In this document: positions 31,218-42,053 of the stretch, piece by piece
How the letters are laid out: each line of letters opens with the position of its first letter
Position numbering within the stretch: the stretch's first letter is position 1
IMG/VR virus record: IMGVR_UViG_3300046534_001341
Span: 12,846-76,845 of that record
DNA: 64,000 bases
Source: a virus
Direction: 5' to 3' (one strand)
Made by a program: the position numbers and the translations under genes
Notes under the pieces: model-generated
Told to the model about the DNA's origin: nothing
What the model saw: only the letters and a program-made list of their open reading frames with translations
Databases searched by the model: none

Positions 31218-32012
31218 ATGAAAATGTCCCAAGCAAAGAATGTACAAGTATCTGGTACCGTCCCACATAACGTAGTTGAGCGTGATCAACAGCTAAGCAC
31301 TCAGATTGATGAAACCGTCAAGATGAGTAAGTACAAGATCAAGCGCACGTTGGAAGCTGCACGAGTTATTGCACAGGATAACTACGAAGCCAAACAGGAA
31401 GCGTGGGTTCTTGCTTGTAAACCAAGAAAGGTAATAACCGATCGTGTTATGGCAGCAGCCAAAGAATATGCGCTTACTGCCTTGATGCCTATGCTTAACC
31501 TATTGGTTGACTACTGCGAATCCGGTGAATCAGGTACATTCTTTGATGATAACCGTGACGAAGAAGTACCTCTGGAAACCATTGCCAACAAGATGGTATA
31601 CATAGAGCACTCATACGGCATGCCTTCAGCAAATGAATCACAAAGCATCTGGGTGTGGTACTACGTGAACGTATTCGCACATGTCTCAAGCAATGCAGGC
31701 AACCTTGGTGATTACGAGGATATCCTCATGACACCTAAACATAAATACGTGACCATACCTCTGACTCCCGAAGAAACTGCGATCATCGCGCTAGGTGACA
31801 ACTTGTCTAGTGAGAAGCACCTATTCAACCTTGAGATCAACGAGATCGACACCAAGCTGAAGAACCTTGACAACATCACTGAAGACATTGAATTCGCATT
31901 GCTACAAAGCAAGGCTAAGTCTGAAGGTAATACTCAGGTGACCGACGTGTCAGATCAAATCACTAAAGCCATACTGGCCGGTGAAAACCCTAGTGTAATG
32001 CTACTTAAATAA
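31218..32012 (+). CDS. Hypothetical protein
   Basis: 264-aa ORF, coiled-coil C-terminus. Confidence 0.7.
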   Translation: MKMSQAKNVQVSGTVPHNVVERDQQLSTQIDETVKMSKYKIKRTLEAARVIAQDNYEAKQEAWVLACKPRKVITDRVMAAAKEYALTALMPMLNLLVDYCESGESGTFFDDNRDEEVPLETIANKMVYIEHSYGMPSANESQSIWVWYYVNVFAHVSSNAGNLGDYEDILMTPKHKYVTIPLTPEETAIIALGDNLSSEKHLFNLEINEIDTKLKNLDNITEDIEFALLQSKAKSEGNTQVTDVSDQITKAILAGENPSVMLLK

Positions 32013-32408
32013 ACCACCAGCCCAGCTAACACAGTGGGCATCATTGTCACCTCCGGTGACCTACCTGACCAATATTTGGAGAAAAACATGAAGTCGTTAC
32101 TAATTATTAACATAGTGATAGTTGCATCAGTGGCCTTAACAATCCAAGTTTTAAACATGCATAAACCAAAGCCTTCATTTGGAGGGTTAGTCTTTGAAGT
32201 GATCACTACGCCTGTAGATACTATATCTAAAGGGGATGAGTGCAAGATGCTTGGTATGAACGTGACTGTATTTCAGGTACGTAAGGCCACTGTAGGCTTT
32301 GCAGATGTGGTGACTAACGATTTAACACTACTTAATGTACCTCGACGAATCCTCAAGAACTGCACACCTCAGCCCTAATGGCTGAGGCCATTTCAGGGAG
32401 AAGATAGA

Positions 32409-33164
32409 ATGCCTGATTCAAAGATAGCTCATAACTTCGTTCGTGGTATTACATACAATTGTGTTAAGTACGATGCCACGTATGCCCAGTACCTAAACCG
32501 CATTGGTGAGTTGTACTCAGGTCTAGCCATAAATGAAACCACCTACAAAGAACTAAAACTAAAGAGATTTCTTGGAGTTATGCCATGTCGAGGTCAGTAG
32601 CTGAAAGCGCCCATAGGCGTTGTGTCTCCTATCAAGGGTACGAACAAGCAGTCGATCGTAAGAACTCCCGATGGGATAGAGACACCATCGACGACACCCT
32701 ATCAATGGAAGAGTTCATTCAGGTGGGTAAAGAAATCCGCTTAAAACAACTACTTACGAGGCACCAAAATGGTATCTAAGCTTGTATTCCATGGGTAATG
32801 GTTGTCACACAGCTAAGAAGATAGAGCTGCAAGGTAGGACTGATTACATCCGTGCTGGGTATAAATACTCCACTTACCTACGCATGATCACCTTACGTAA
32901 TATCGGGCGCCATCCTCCTCAAATAATCACACCTATAACTGAAGAGGACTACAACCAGCAGCTCAAAGAGCACGCACTCAAGGAACTGATCTCATGCAAC
33001 GTGACCCAGTAAATGTAAGCCTGTGGCGGTCGTACGCTGATTTCAGGCACTCGTACTACACGTACACCAAAGCCCTCAGTTCTCATTGCACACCAGTTTC
33101 TGAAGAAGTGTACAATCAACGACTCAAAGAAAACAAACTCAAATCACTTTTAATAGGTAAATAA
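32409..33164 (+). repeat. Tandem array of four small genes (32409-32600, 32585-32779, 32782-33012, 32994-33164) ending in LKxLL-type motif
   Basis: Y..Y...E..Y/F...E..LK.LL pattern; overlapping stop/start codons. Confidence 0.7.
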
Positions 33165-33165
33165 C

Positions 33166-35474
33166 TTGAAACAAATATGGATATCACAAGATATTGTTAA
33201 TAGTACTATCACAGCAGGTATCGAAAGCCGTAAGGGTAAGATCGTCAGGGAGAAGGTGTTCCCTGACACCACCCCAAAACAGATAGTCGATGAATGGGCC
33301 AACAAGGAAATCGACATGATGGAGTTACTAATGCTGGAAAACCAAAGTGACACCTGACCCAACTGAGTTCTGGAGGGATATTACATTGAAATCAGCAGAA
33401 GGATACACCTGGGGATGGGAGAAGCAGCGTAGAAACTACGAGGCCACCATCCACTTCGATGGCTTTCAAGTCATAACCAAGAACTTCCCTATAGGTACTG
33501 AGCCAGATGTAATGGCTGCATGGGCCAAAGGGGAGATCCAAGTACGTAAACTCAAAGACCTTATCGCGCCTCCGGCACGTTCCAACCCGTAATTTAACCT
33601 AAATAACTGAGTAACAAATGATCCAAATTAATGAAGTATTCTCATGTGAACGCGACAAATACCAATGGTTGCTTCACCAAAAGAAACCTAAGGGTAAACA
33701 CCCAATCACAGGTGAGTTATCCACAAAAGAAAGCACCTCTGTCACATACCACTCAAACCCTGAGCAGATCATGAATGTGGTGATAAATCGCAGCTTAGGT
33801 AAATGTGAGTCACTTGTAGAGATGCGTGACATGCTCGTAGAGAGCCGTGAGATGGTCTCTAAGGCATGTGCGGCTATAAGTAAAGCCAATACATAGGTGA
33901 GGTATAAATATGGCCAGATACTGGGTTAAATTCAAACGTATCAAGAAGACTAATCGAGTGATGGCAAGCTTGGTTATGCCCACTAATGCAGGGCCAAAAG
34001 TCATGGCCCAGAAAAGCTTCCATGCTTACCAAACCTCTTATGGGACTATTGACCCTAACGTCCAGAAATGGGCAAGTCCCTTAGTGAACATGTATCGGCT
34101 GCTATCTCCACATGGGTGAGCTAAGTGAGATCTACCCTAGGGTACACAGAGCAATTGCAGCACCTTGGGAACCGAAGTACACGAGAGGGTTCGCTTGGGT
34201 AATACCTCCTCACACCAATCTTAGTGAGGTGAAAGTAATCATCCGAGTCAACTCAAAACAACAACGAGAAGAGACATTCAACGCTACAGACATAAAAGCT
34301 ATAGCGAAGTGGATTAACTCACAGACCAAAATCTTAAGGTTAGTCATGCCGGGGGTGTCTAGTGACAGGAGATAACACACAACCTGATAAGATAGTTGGG
34401 CGGATAAGATTACATACCCAACCAATTAATGGATTCTACTGGTCTATGTTCCACGAGCACCCAGATGGTGTGTACGTAATGGCTTCTTACTCAGACCCAA
34501 TTGTAGTTGTAATACAGCTTTACGACAATACTAAGACATTCCCTGCCTCTACACCATGTAGTGACATTGAGGGTTGGGTACTAAAAGAAACCAAGAAGAT
34601 AAACCTGAAGAATTTACTTTTTACTTGTACCAAAACCAATTAATTATAAACCCAAAGGTGGCTACGGCAACCGAAACATAAAGGTATAAACCATGAATAA
34701 ATTAGCATTAGTAATAACCATTGCGGCTATGGTTGGATGCGCATCTGCACCACGTCAATTGCCTGTATTGGTAGATGGTAACAACTATCTAGCTATGGGC
34801 ACCGACTGCTCGTATGGCATGATGAGCCAAAATGTACCTAATCAGCTTGACTGCTACAACGAAGACAAAAAGTACACAGGCAATCGTAAGCCTATGACAG
34901 CCAAAGAGCTTAAGGACTTCTGGGCAATACGAGACCAGAACATCACAGACCGTCAGGTTGATCGATTGAAAACACAGCTACGTAATGGCCGAGGACGTTA
35001 ATGCTAGAGATTACGCAGGAAATTAATTACTACTGTAAAGATGTTAATGGGTACTCATGGGGGGTGACTCAGGAACACAACCGAGCCAGCCCCATCAAGG
35101 TTGAGATTCATACCAAGCCCAGTATAAAAAAGACATTCATCTCCAGCACCCCTAGAAATAGGATCGTAGATTGGATCACCCAAGAGACCGCTAAGCTCAA
35201 GCTAAAAGCCTTGATAGGCCCTAAGGCCAAAGTAGAGTTGGGAAACCCTTGGGAGGGTTTAGTGAAACTTTCAGGGCAGATGAATCAGGTTAAGACTTGC
35301 GGGAGAAGAGTAGGAGTCATCATCTTTGATAGTATAGATAACTACTACGAATCCAACGCCACCCAGTACGTATCCAGCACCAACATACCTGAGTCCAACC
35401 AAGCCGCCGCCTTTGATAAACAAACCGGTAAAAACAAATCCAAAACTAAATACAACAGCCCATACGGGCCATAG
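33166..35474 (+). repeat. Dispersed paralog family (33166, 33347, 34112, 34362, 35001) with F...T...W...E...LK.L(L/I) pattern
   Basis: e.g. VFPDTTPKQIVDEWANKE, NFPIGTEPDVMAAWAKGE, TFPASTPCSDIEGWVLKE, TFISSTPRNRIVDWITQE. Confidence 0.7.
34693..35001 (+). CDS. Lipoprotein
   Basis: MNKLALVITIAAMVGC signal peptide/lipobox. Confidence 0.7.
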   Translation: MNKLALVITIAAMVGCASAPRQLPVLVDGNNYLAMGTDCSYGMMSQNVPNQLDCYNEDKKYTGNRKPMTAKELKDFWAIRDQNITDRQVDRLKTQLRNGRGR

Positions 35475-36097
35475 GAACCACCATGGAACAGTTTATTGTA
35501 GTCATAGTTATAGGGATCTTCTTCTACTACCTAGGATCTAGGGATGGTAAGAAGGATCAGTACAAAAAGGACAAGGCCATGATGGGGGTTATGGAATATG
35601 CCACCATCAAAGCATTTAGGCAAACTAGAGAAAAATGTTTATTGAACGAAATTTTGATTGCAAAGATAGCCTTACTAGAGAAAAACAAAAAAGAAATAGA
35701 TGAAGTCAGTGGTAAATCATCAATTAATACAGGCAAGACCAATGCTGAATAAAAACATACACATAAAAACTGGGATGCTACTCGTAGTAAAGAAAACCTT
35801 CTGGACTACTGCTGCCCACAAGGTTGATACTTTCCACGTGAAGTATCAAATACCTAAAGGTACCATCCTTGAAATACGTTACCCGTATGAGTGGCACTTC
35901 CGCTTTGGAGACAATTGCTGGGCACAAGTACCAGCAGAAACACTGGTTAAGTGTTGTGAGTTCTTTGGTGTGATCCATGAAGATGTAAGGTTCAATAACA
36001 ATAATAGCCTACCTGAAATCATGGAAGAAAATCTGTACTACCCTGCATCTGAATATAAATTGGTTCGTTCCGAATCTGCAAAATAGTTGTTCTCTTC

Positions 36098-36116
36098 CGG
36101 CTAACGCCGTAGGGGG
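36098..36116 (+). promoter_or_regulatory. Hairpin promoter 6, upstream of RNAP II
   Basis: CGGC-TAAC-GCCG-TAGGGGG. Confidence 0.75.
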
Positions 36117-36146
36117 CAACGTCCCCCACACTTTAAGGAAATATCC

Positions 36147-37127
36147 ATGGAAATCAAGAACCTAGAACAAATGTGCATTGAAGACCGCTATTCTCGTAGC
36201 AACATCCGTGCTCGTGTCCTTCTGGACATCATGGATAGTGTTGAAACCGATCTTGCTATAGCCTTCGACAAGGCAGCACAGGCCATTCACAACTATGCCT
36301 ACGGAAAAGTATCACAGACTTATTGGTCATCCAAACTGGTGCGTGTACAGCACCTACGTAACCTATTAGATAAAAAAATGACCATCAATGATCTTGTACT
36401 TGAGATCTTAATTATCGTTATGCCTATGAAGACCGCTCAGCCTATACAGGGGCCGTGTGGTCGCTTAGGTGGTATGTTAGGTTACGGGGATATATTCGAT
36501 GGCGTAAAGACGGCTGCGGAGCTACTAGCAGTAGTGTGCTTCTCAGACCTTTACGACATCATTCCAGCTAGGGAAAGCGAGGGCGACAGTATGTCTATAA
36601 TGCCACGTTACTCCCTAGAAAATGAAACCAATCAGTTCATTTCAGACACCAAGTACCTACCTCCTATGATCTGTAAGCCTGAAGTATTGACTCGCAACTT
36701 TCAGAGTGGGTACCTAACCATAGAAGACTCAGTGATCCTGAAGGGTGTGAACCACCATGAAGAGTATGTATCTCTGGATGTGCTCAACATGGCTAATGGT
36801 ACCGCGCTAGCCTTGGACACTAACATCTTACGTATGAAGGAAAAGCCTAATAAGCCGTTCGATTCACTACATAAAGATGGGTCTGTACCAACAGTTAAAG
36901 TGATCTTGGAACGTGAGAAGAACTTTTTGGAACTGAAGGCAGCATCAAAAATTGTGTACAAAGAGTTACTAGATAACGGCAATGAGTTCTTCAACTGCCA
37001 TAAATTCGACTCTCGTTCACGCAAGTACTCTCAGGGGTACCACGTCCACATTCAGGGAAGTGAGTATAAGAAAGCCATTATTAACCTGGCTACGGAGGAA
37101 GTGATCACAGATGGTATTATCTTATGA
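36147..37127 (+). CDS. RNA polymerase II subunit 1 (N4 gp15 family)
   Basis: YLPPMICKP, SGYLT, HKFDSRSRKYSQGYHVHIQG. Confidence 0.9.
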   Translation: MEIKNLEQMCIEDRYSRSNIRARVLLDIMDSVETDLAIAFDKAAQAIHNYAYGKVSQTYWSSKLVRVQHLRNLLDKKMTINDLVLEILIIVMPMKTAQPIQGPCGRLGGMLGYGDIFDGVKTAAELLAVVCFSDLYDIIPARESEGDSMSIMPRYSLENETNQFISDTKYLPPMICKPEVLTRNFQSGYLTIEDSVILKGVNHHEEYVSLDVLNMANGTALALDTNILRMKEKPNKPFDSLHKDGSVPTVKVILEREKNFLELKAASKIVYKELLDNGNEFFNCHKFDSRSRKYSQGYHVHIQGSEYKKAIINLATEEVITDGIIL

Positions 37128-37559
37128 AAATGCCTGACAGACCTTTCGGTACATTCCCCTACGACATCTTCAATGTGATTACAGATCATGAAGGGGAGTT
37201 CGTACAGCACGCCGTGGCCAGACACTTCACCATGTCCCTGAGTAATGCCCAGCAATGGGTTGATTACCATGAATATTCAATTAAGCGACTAAAGCTTAGA
37301 AAACTCTTGGAAAGTAAAAATGGAAGAACCAAGGCTACCTAAAGGCATGATCCCACCTGATATCTACAGGATTATTATAGGCCGTATTGACGGTGTTCAT
37401 GCAGTAACGGCTTTGTGTCATTACACAGATCTAAACGAAGAAGAGGCATCAGATTGGTTTGCCTTCTATAAGTGGGCAGCAGCAAATCGTGAAGCCCGAC
37501 TAGAACAAGCACACAAAGAAAACCAACTCAAAATATTACTAAGACTCAAAAGGAAATAG
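37124..37559 (+). repeat. Two paralogous small genes (37124-37342, 37320-37559) between the RNAP II subunits
   Basis: P.DI...I......HAV...H.T..L....A..W pattern; ends LKLRKLL / QLKILL. Confidence 0.7.
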
Positions 37560-37561
37560 CA

Positions 37562-38557
37562 ATGCAAACATTCTCAGGTTTAGATTATACAAAGATCGCC
37601 GTAGCAAATGCCTTCGGCAATGATAAAGATGTCTGGGATGATCGCATTGATTGGGCTGAAAAGTTCCTTGAGAAGCAGTCGGCTCATACGATGCGTAAAG
37701 CAGATGAGCCATTCTTAATGAGGAAGGCTGTGAACGCTTACAACGATGCAGTGGCTGGTAAGGCTACTGGTTACATAATGGGCCTAGATGCCACGTCCTC
37801 AGGGCTTCAGATAATGGCTGCCTTGAGTGGTTGCCTGACTACTGCCCGTAACGTGAATCTTATCAATACCGGTTCAAGAGAAGATATATACCTGAAAGTA
37901 ACCAAGCGCATGCAGGAACTGTGCCCTCACCTAAACATCACACGTAACCTTCTAAAGCACCCAATCATGACGTTCTTCTACAACTCTAAGGCGCAGCCTG
38001 AAGGTGTATTTGGAAAGGACACCCCTGAGCTAGATGCTTTCTACGAAGTACTGCATGAACTCCTACCGGGAGCCATGGAAGTAATGCGCATGATTCAGGC
38101 ATGTTGGAATCCTGAAGCCACTGAACATAAGTGGACCGCACCTGATGGACACGTATCTATACCTTTGGTTATGGACTACGTAGACACCAAGATCGAAGTA
38201 GAAGAGTTAGGTAAGGCTACATTCACCCACCGCGCCAAGATCGTTATGTCTGATGAGCGTGGCTTATCATTACCGGCAAATGTGAACCAATCGATTGATG
38301 CTTACATCGTTCGTATGATGTATCGCATGGCTCATAGTCAGGGTTGGGAAATCCTAACAGTACATGACGCATTCTTCTGCACACCGAATAATGTGAATCG
38401 TATGCGTATGAACTACAACAAGATCTTATCTAAGATCGCCTCATCCAACATGCTTTGTGACATCTTGAAAGAGATCACAGGCAATAAGGGAACTATCAAG
38501 AAGATGTCTACTACACTTCCTGGCTTGATCCTTAAAGCAAACTATTCACTTAGCTAG
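37562..38557 (+). CDS. RNA polymerase II subunit 2 (N4 gp16 family)
   Basis: GLDATSSGLQI (motif A), RNLLKHPIMTFFY (motif B), TVHDAF (motif C). Confidence 0.92.
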   Translation: MQTFSGLDYTKIAVANAFGNDKDVWDDRIDWAEKFLEKQSAHTMRKADEPFLMRKAVNAYNDAVAGKATGYIMGLDATSSGLQIMAALSGCLTTARNVNLINTGSREDIYLKVTKRMQELCPHLNITRNLLKHPIMTFFYNSKAQPEGVFGKDTPELDAFYEVLHELLPGAMEVMRMIQACWNPEATEHKWTAPDGHVSIPLVMDYVDTKIEVEELGKATFTHRAKIVMSDERGLSLPANVNQSIDAYIVRMMYRMAHSQGWEILTVHDAFFCTPNNVNRMRMNYNKILSKIASSNMLCDILKEITGNKGTIKKMSTTLPGLILKANYSLS

Positions 38558-38596
38558 GAGCTAACCACGGAAAAAGAACGACATATTAGAATCTGT

Positions 38597-38844
38597 TAAG
38601 TACGTTAACAATAAACTTTATGGGGAATGAAAATGGATGATTACACAGTAAAACGGATGGGTCTTATATTAGCTGTTCAAGCAGAAGTCGAGGGCATGAA
38701 AGCTGCTAACCTAGTGAGTGATTTACAAGAGTATGGCGGAGGGCATTTCGATGAAAAAGCCGAAGAAATACGTAATATAGTTAACGCTAATGACCACCAG
38801 TTAGATTTAATGGGCTAAGAACGTAAACAATAAACTTTATGGGG
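38597..38844 (+). repeat. 29-bp direct repeat (38597-38625, 38816-38844) flanking a 63-aa ORF
   Basis: TAAGwACGTwAACAATAAACTTTATGGGG, two mismatches. Confidence 0.85.
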
Positions 38845-39513
38845 TACAAAATGAGTGATACAACACAATTAAACAAACCTCTTTGGCATCAGAACCTGAC
38901 ATATGGGCAGGTGGAGGCCGAAGCAGAAAAGGACTATCCTAAGGTTATATACAATCTGCATGAGGATTGTTTATGCCTACGCGAAGAGCTGGCGGCTTTG
39001 AAAGCTGATCGCGGGCTGCTCGTCACTGCGCTTTTATCAATTGTAGATTCTAATAGCTTCGATCCAGATGATGGGCGCTATATGTCAAATATTGCAGAAC
39101 TAGCATTAAAAAAGGCGGCGACAAATGGAGTCTAGACAGGTGATTACAGCGGTAGTGCTGAATGCTCAAAAGCTCACAAACCAGATAGAGGAAAAATCAT
39201 GAAAGCAAAAGAACTACGTGATGAATTCTGGGATGATCATGCTTGCCCCTCTTGGGGACGGTTAGGTACAACAGCCACGCAGAACGATTACCCTGAAGAA
39301 GTCCGAATGGCTTGGACAGACTTCTTATACTTCTCACACGATGCAGGAAACATCTCTGCAGAAGTCATGGACAACACCTTACTGGCTCCTGAATAGGGCC
39401 GCCTCCGTCGGCTGTTTGCCCTGTTCGTAATAGAAGTCTCGCTAGCGAGGAAAAAGTTATGAAACCGATAGGCTAAAAACCTAAAACACCCAAAAGCCTA
39501 CCATAGGCAAACG

Positions 39514-39549
39514 AGCCCCTAACCTTAACCGGTTGGGGGCTTATTTTTT
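39514..39549 (+). terminator. Rho-independent terminator
   Basis: AGCCCCTAACC...GGTTGGGGGCT then TATTTTTT. Confidence 0.8.
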
Positions 39550-39793
39550 GCCAAAGGAGGCAATATGAACGAATTAGATCTTATGAATTTACTGTGGGTA
39601 GTGTGGTTTATTTTATGCACCATCCTATCCTTGGGCTTAGCTATTTATACTAAGTGCGGGGGTGACGCACTGTTATTGATTTTAATGGCTGGTTTCTTTG
39701 GGCCGTTTATATGGGTGCTAATAGGTTTGGCCACTCTCATATTATTGATGGCGTTTTTAGGGGAGCAACTCCTTAAATTCCTAAGGAGGGGGC

Positions 39794-42032
39794 ATGACCA
39801 ATAAGGCAGTATTAGACGAAGATGAGTGCATCGTGTGCACGCACAATAAACATGCAAAAGGCATAATATGGAGGTTGAGGGTGAACAACATTATGACAGA
39901 TAAGCCTGTTGAAGGTGTAAGAAGAGAATTCGTATATTGCAGTTATTGTGATGCGGGCAAAGAACTAGCCAAACAGGAGCTACTACGTGAGCTACTTATC
40001 AAAAAATAACCCTAGAAAGATCTGCCCAGTATGCAAGGATACAGGTAAGACCTGGAAAAACCTACCTAGCGGTGTGCTAGATAAAAGTCCTAGAGGGGTT
40101 ACATACTGCTGGTGCCCTGTAGGTGAGAAAATGGAAAAAAAGAAAGAACTCCGTGACCTGCTTATGGGAGTTAAATCATGACAGAAGGGTGTAAGGCGTG
40201 TGGTTTTGGGTTGCTACCGAAAGAGTATAAAAAATTTGAAGAGCTTCAGCACGAGCAGGGGTCGACCATCCCAATGCAGTATTGTTTTTGTGCTAATGGA
40301 CAGAGACTAGCCAAAGAGGGTCGGCTACGTAATCTACTAACAGGAGAAAAATCGAATCAATATACGGTACCTGACGACGTAGATTACAAAGATGCCGAGG
40401 ATAAGGTAAGGGATTGGTTGGACTTAGGGGTTATATAGTGGGTTACTTAGGTAGGAAATATAACTATAAAGAGCAGTGCAGGACATGCGGGGGCAAGGGT
40501 AGATACCGTGAACGTAGAGCCCCTGATCCTAATGACCCCCATAGGGGTCGTAACCCAACTCAACTATGCCATTGCCCTGCAGGTGAACAAAAGGCTCGTG
40601 ATGAGGCTTGGGATCGGATACAGAATGATAGTTAGACATGTTGAATGCAGGGCCTGTACTAAAGATGCTTGGGACTTACCCAGATGTGTCATAAACCGTA
40701 CAGCACCTGACGGGTCGTTTAGACGAGCCAGTTCTTTTTGCCTGTGTGCGGTAGGTAGGCACCTACTTCAGGTTTACTCACTCAAACAATTATTGAAAGG
40801 AAAGAGGATATGAATGACCTAATACTGTGGGCAGTAGTGACGGCAGTGATGTCAGCGCCTGTAATACTACTCATGAAAATATATGAGTGGAAAGCTTGCG
40901 TGCTCTTTGGGCACCACCCCAGTGAGTGGACGTGGGCGCAGGATGGGTATAACTCCCCTGTGCCTAATGAAGAACGGATCTTGTTCAGCCAGATGCACGG
41001 GCATTGTCGCCACTGCAAAGTGGAGGTACGTACGTTTAGTGAGCAGCATAGACTTACAGCCTATTACACCAAAGAGCAGTGTGCCCAGTACGGGTATGAA
41101 TTCGTTGATAAGAAAGAATACGAACTCAAGAAACTGCTTCTAGGTAAACGTAACGACGATGACCTATTCACTAGAAGTAACCAGATAAATTCAGGCATGC
41201 CTATGTTGGGCACAACAGGAAGGGTGATCAAAGTCGGCTTCCCTAGGAAGCTTATATGAAACAAACAACCAAAAAGTGTCCCAAGTGCGGCAACACTCAT
41301 CTGATCTTACTACAATCCCAGAACCTCAAGGTCTGTATGAACCATAAACCTAAAGCAGTCCTAATTCCTTGGTTCTTGGATAAAGGACAAAGGCCTTTAC
41401 TATGAGAAAAGCTGTCACGTTTAACCCACACTGGGTGGGTGAGGAGCCTGCTTGGGACATCCGTTTATTAAATGGGGATCACCACCGCAGCGTTACTAAA
41501 ACTACTATTTTAGCTGTAAGCACTAGAAGACATGGCACCAGTGTATTGGAGTGCGATGTTCAAGATTACGGCACACACCACTTAAAAATAGCAGCGCAGA
41601 AATGAGCAAGTGCGGTATGTGCTCTCATGATGCTGTACATACCGCGACAGGTATATTACCTCCCCTGCATGATTGGGGTACATTTACCTTTTGTCGTTGG
41701 TGTGTGAAGGGCGCCCAACTCAAAAAAGAACAGGCACTTAGGCAACTACTTAGAGGAGACCCTCCATGTGCAAAACCAGAGATATAAGTAAACCTGAAGA
41801 ATGCGTAATGTGCTCAGAGGGTTGTGACCCAGCCGCCACAGGCAGAAGACCCCACAAAAAGTTCAGTACTGAATTCTGCGTTTGGTGTGATCTAGGTATA
41901 CAGTTGGAAAAGGAACATAACCTCAAGAAATTACTTCTCAATGATAAGAAACCCCGAACAATTGCCGATCTTATACGCAAACAAATGAATGCAAAAGGGG
42001 CGGCCTCCGGCCGCTTTGTTCCCAAAAATTAA
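39794..42032 (+). repeat. Array of small zinc-finger genes (CxxC...Cx(x)CxxG) mostly ending in L[KR]xLL
   Basis: ORFs at 39794, 39987, 40178, ~40438, 40625, 41602, 41766 share the Cys pattern; 40810 and 41256-41405 are also Cys-rich. Confidence 0.8.
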
Positions 42033-42053
42033 TACACCCAAAAAGGAAATACC

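Noticed and set aside
32367-32387. Seventh hairpin promoter (CCTCAGCC-CTAAT-GGCTGAGG)
   Set aside because: Loop differs from TAAC and the downstream TAG...G signature is missing; more likely an RNA stem-loop
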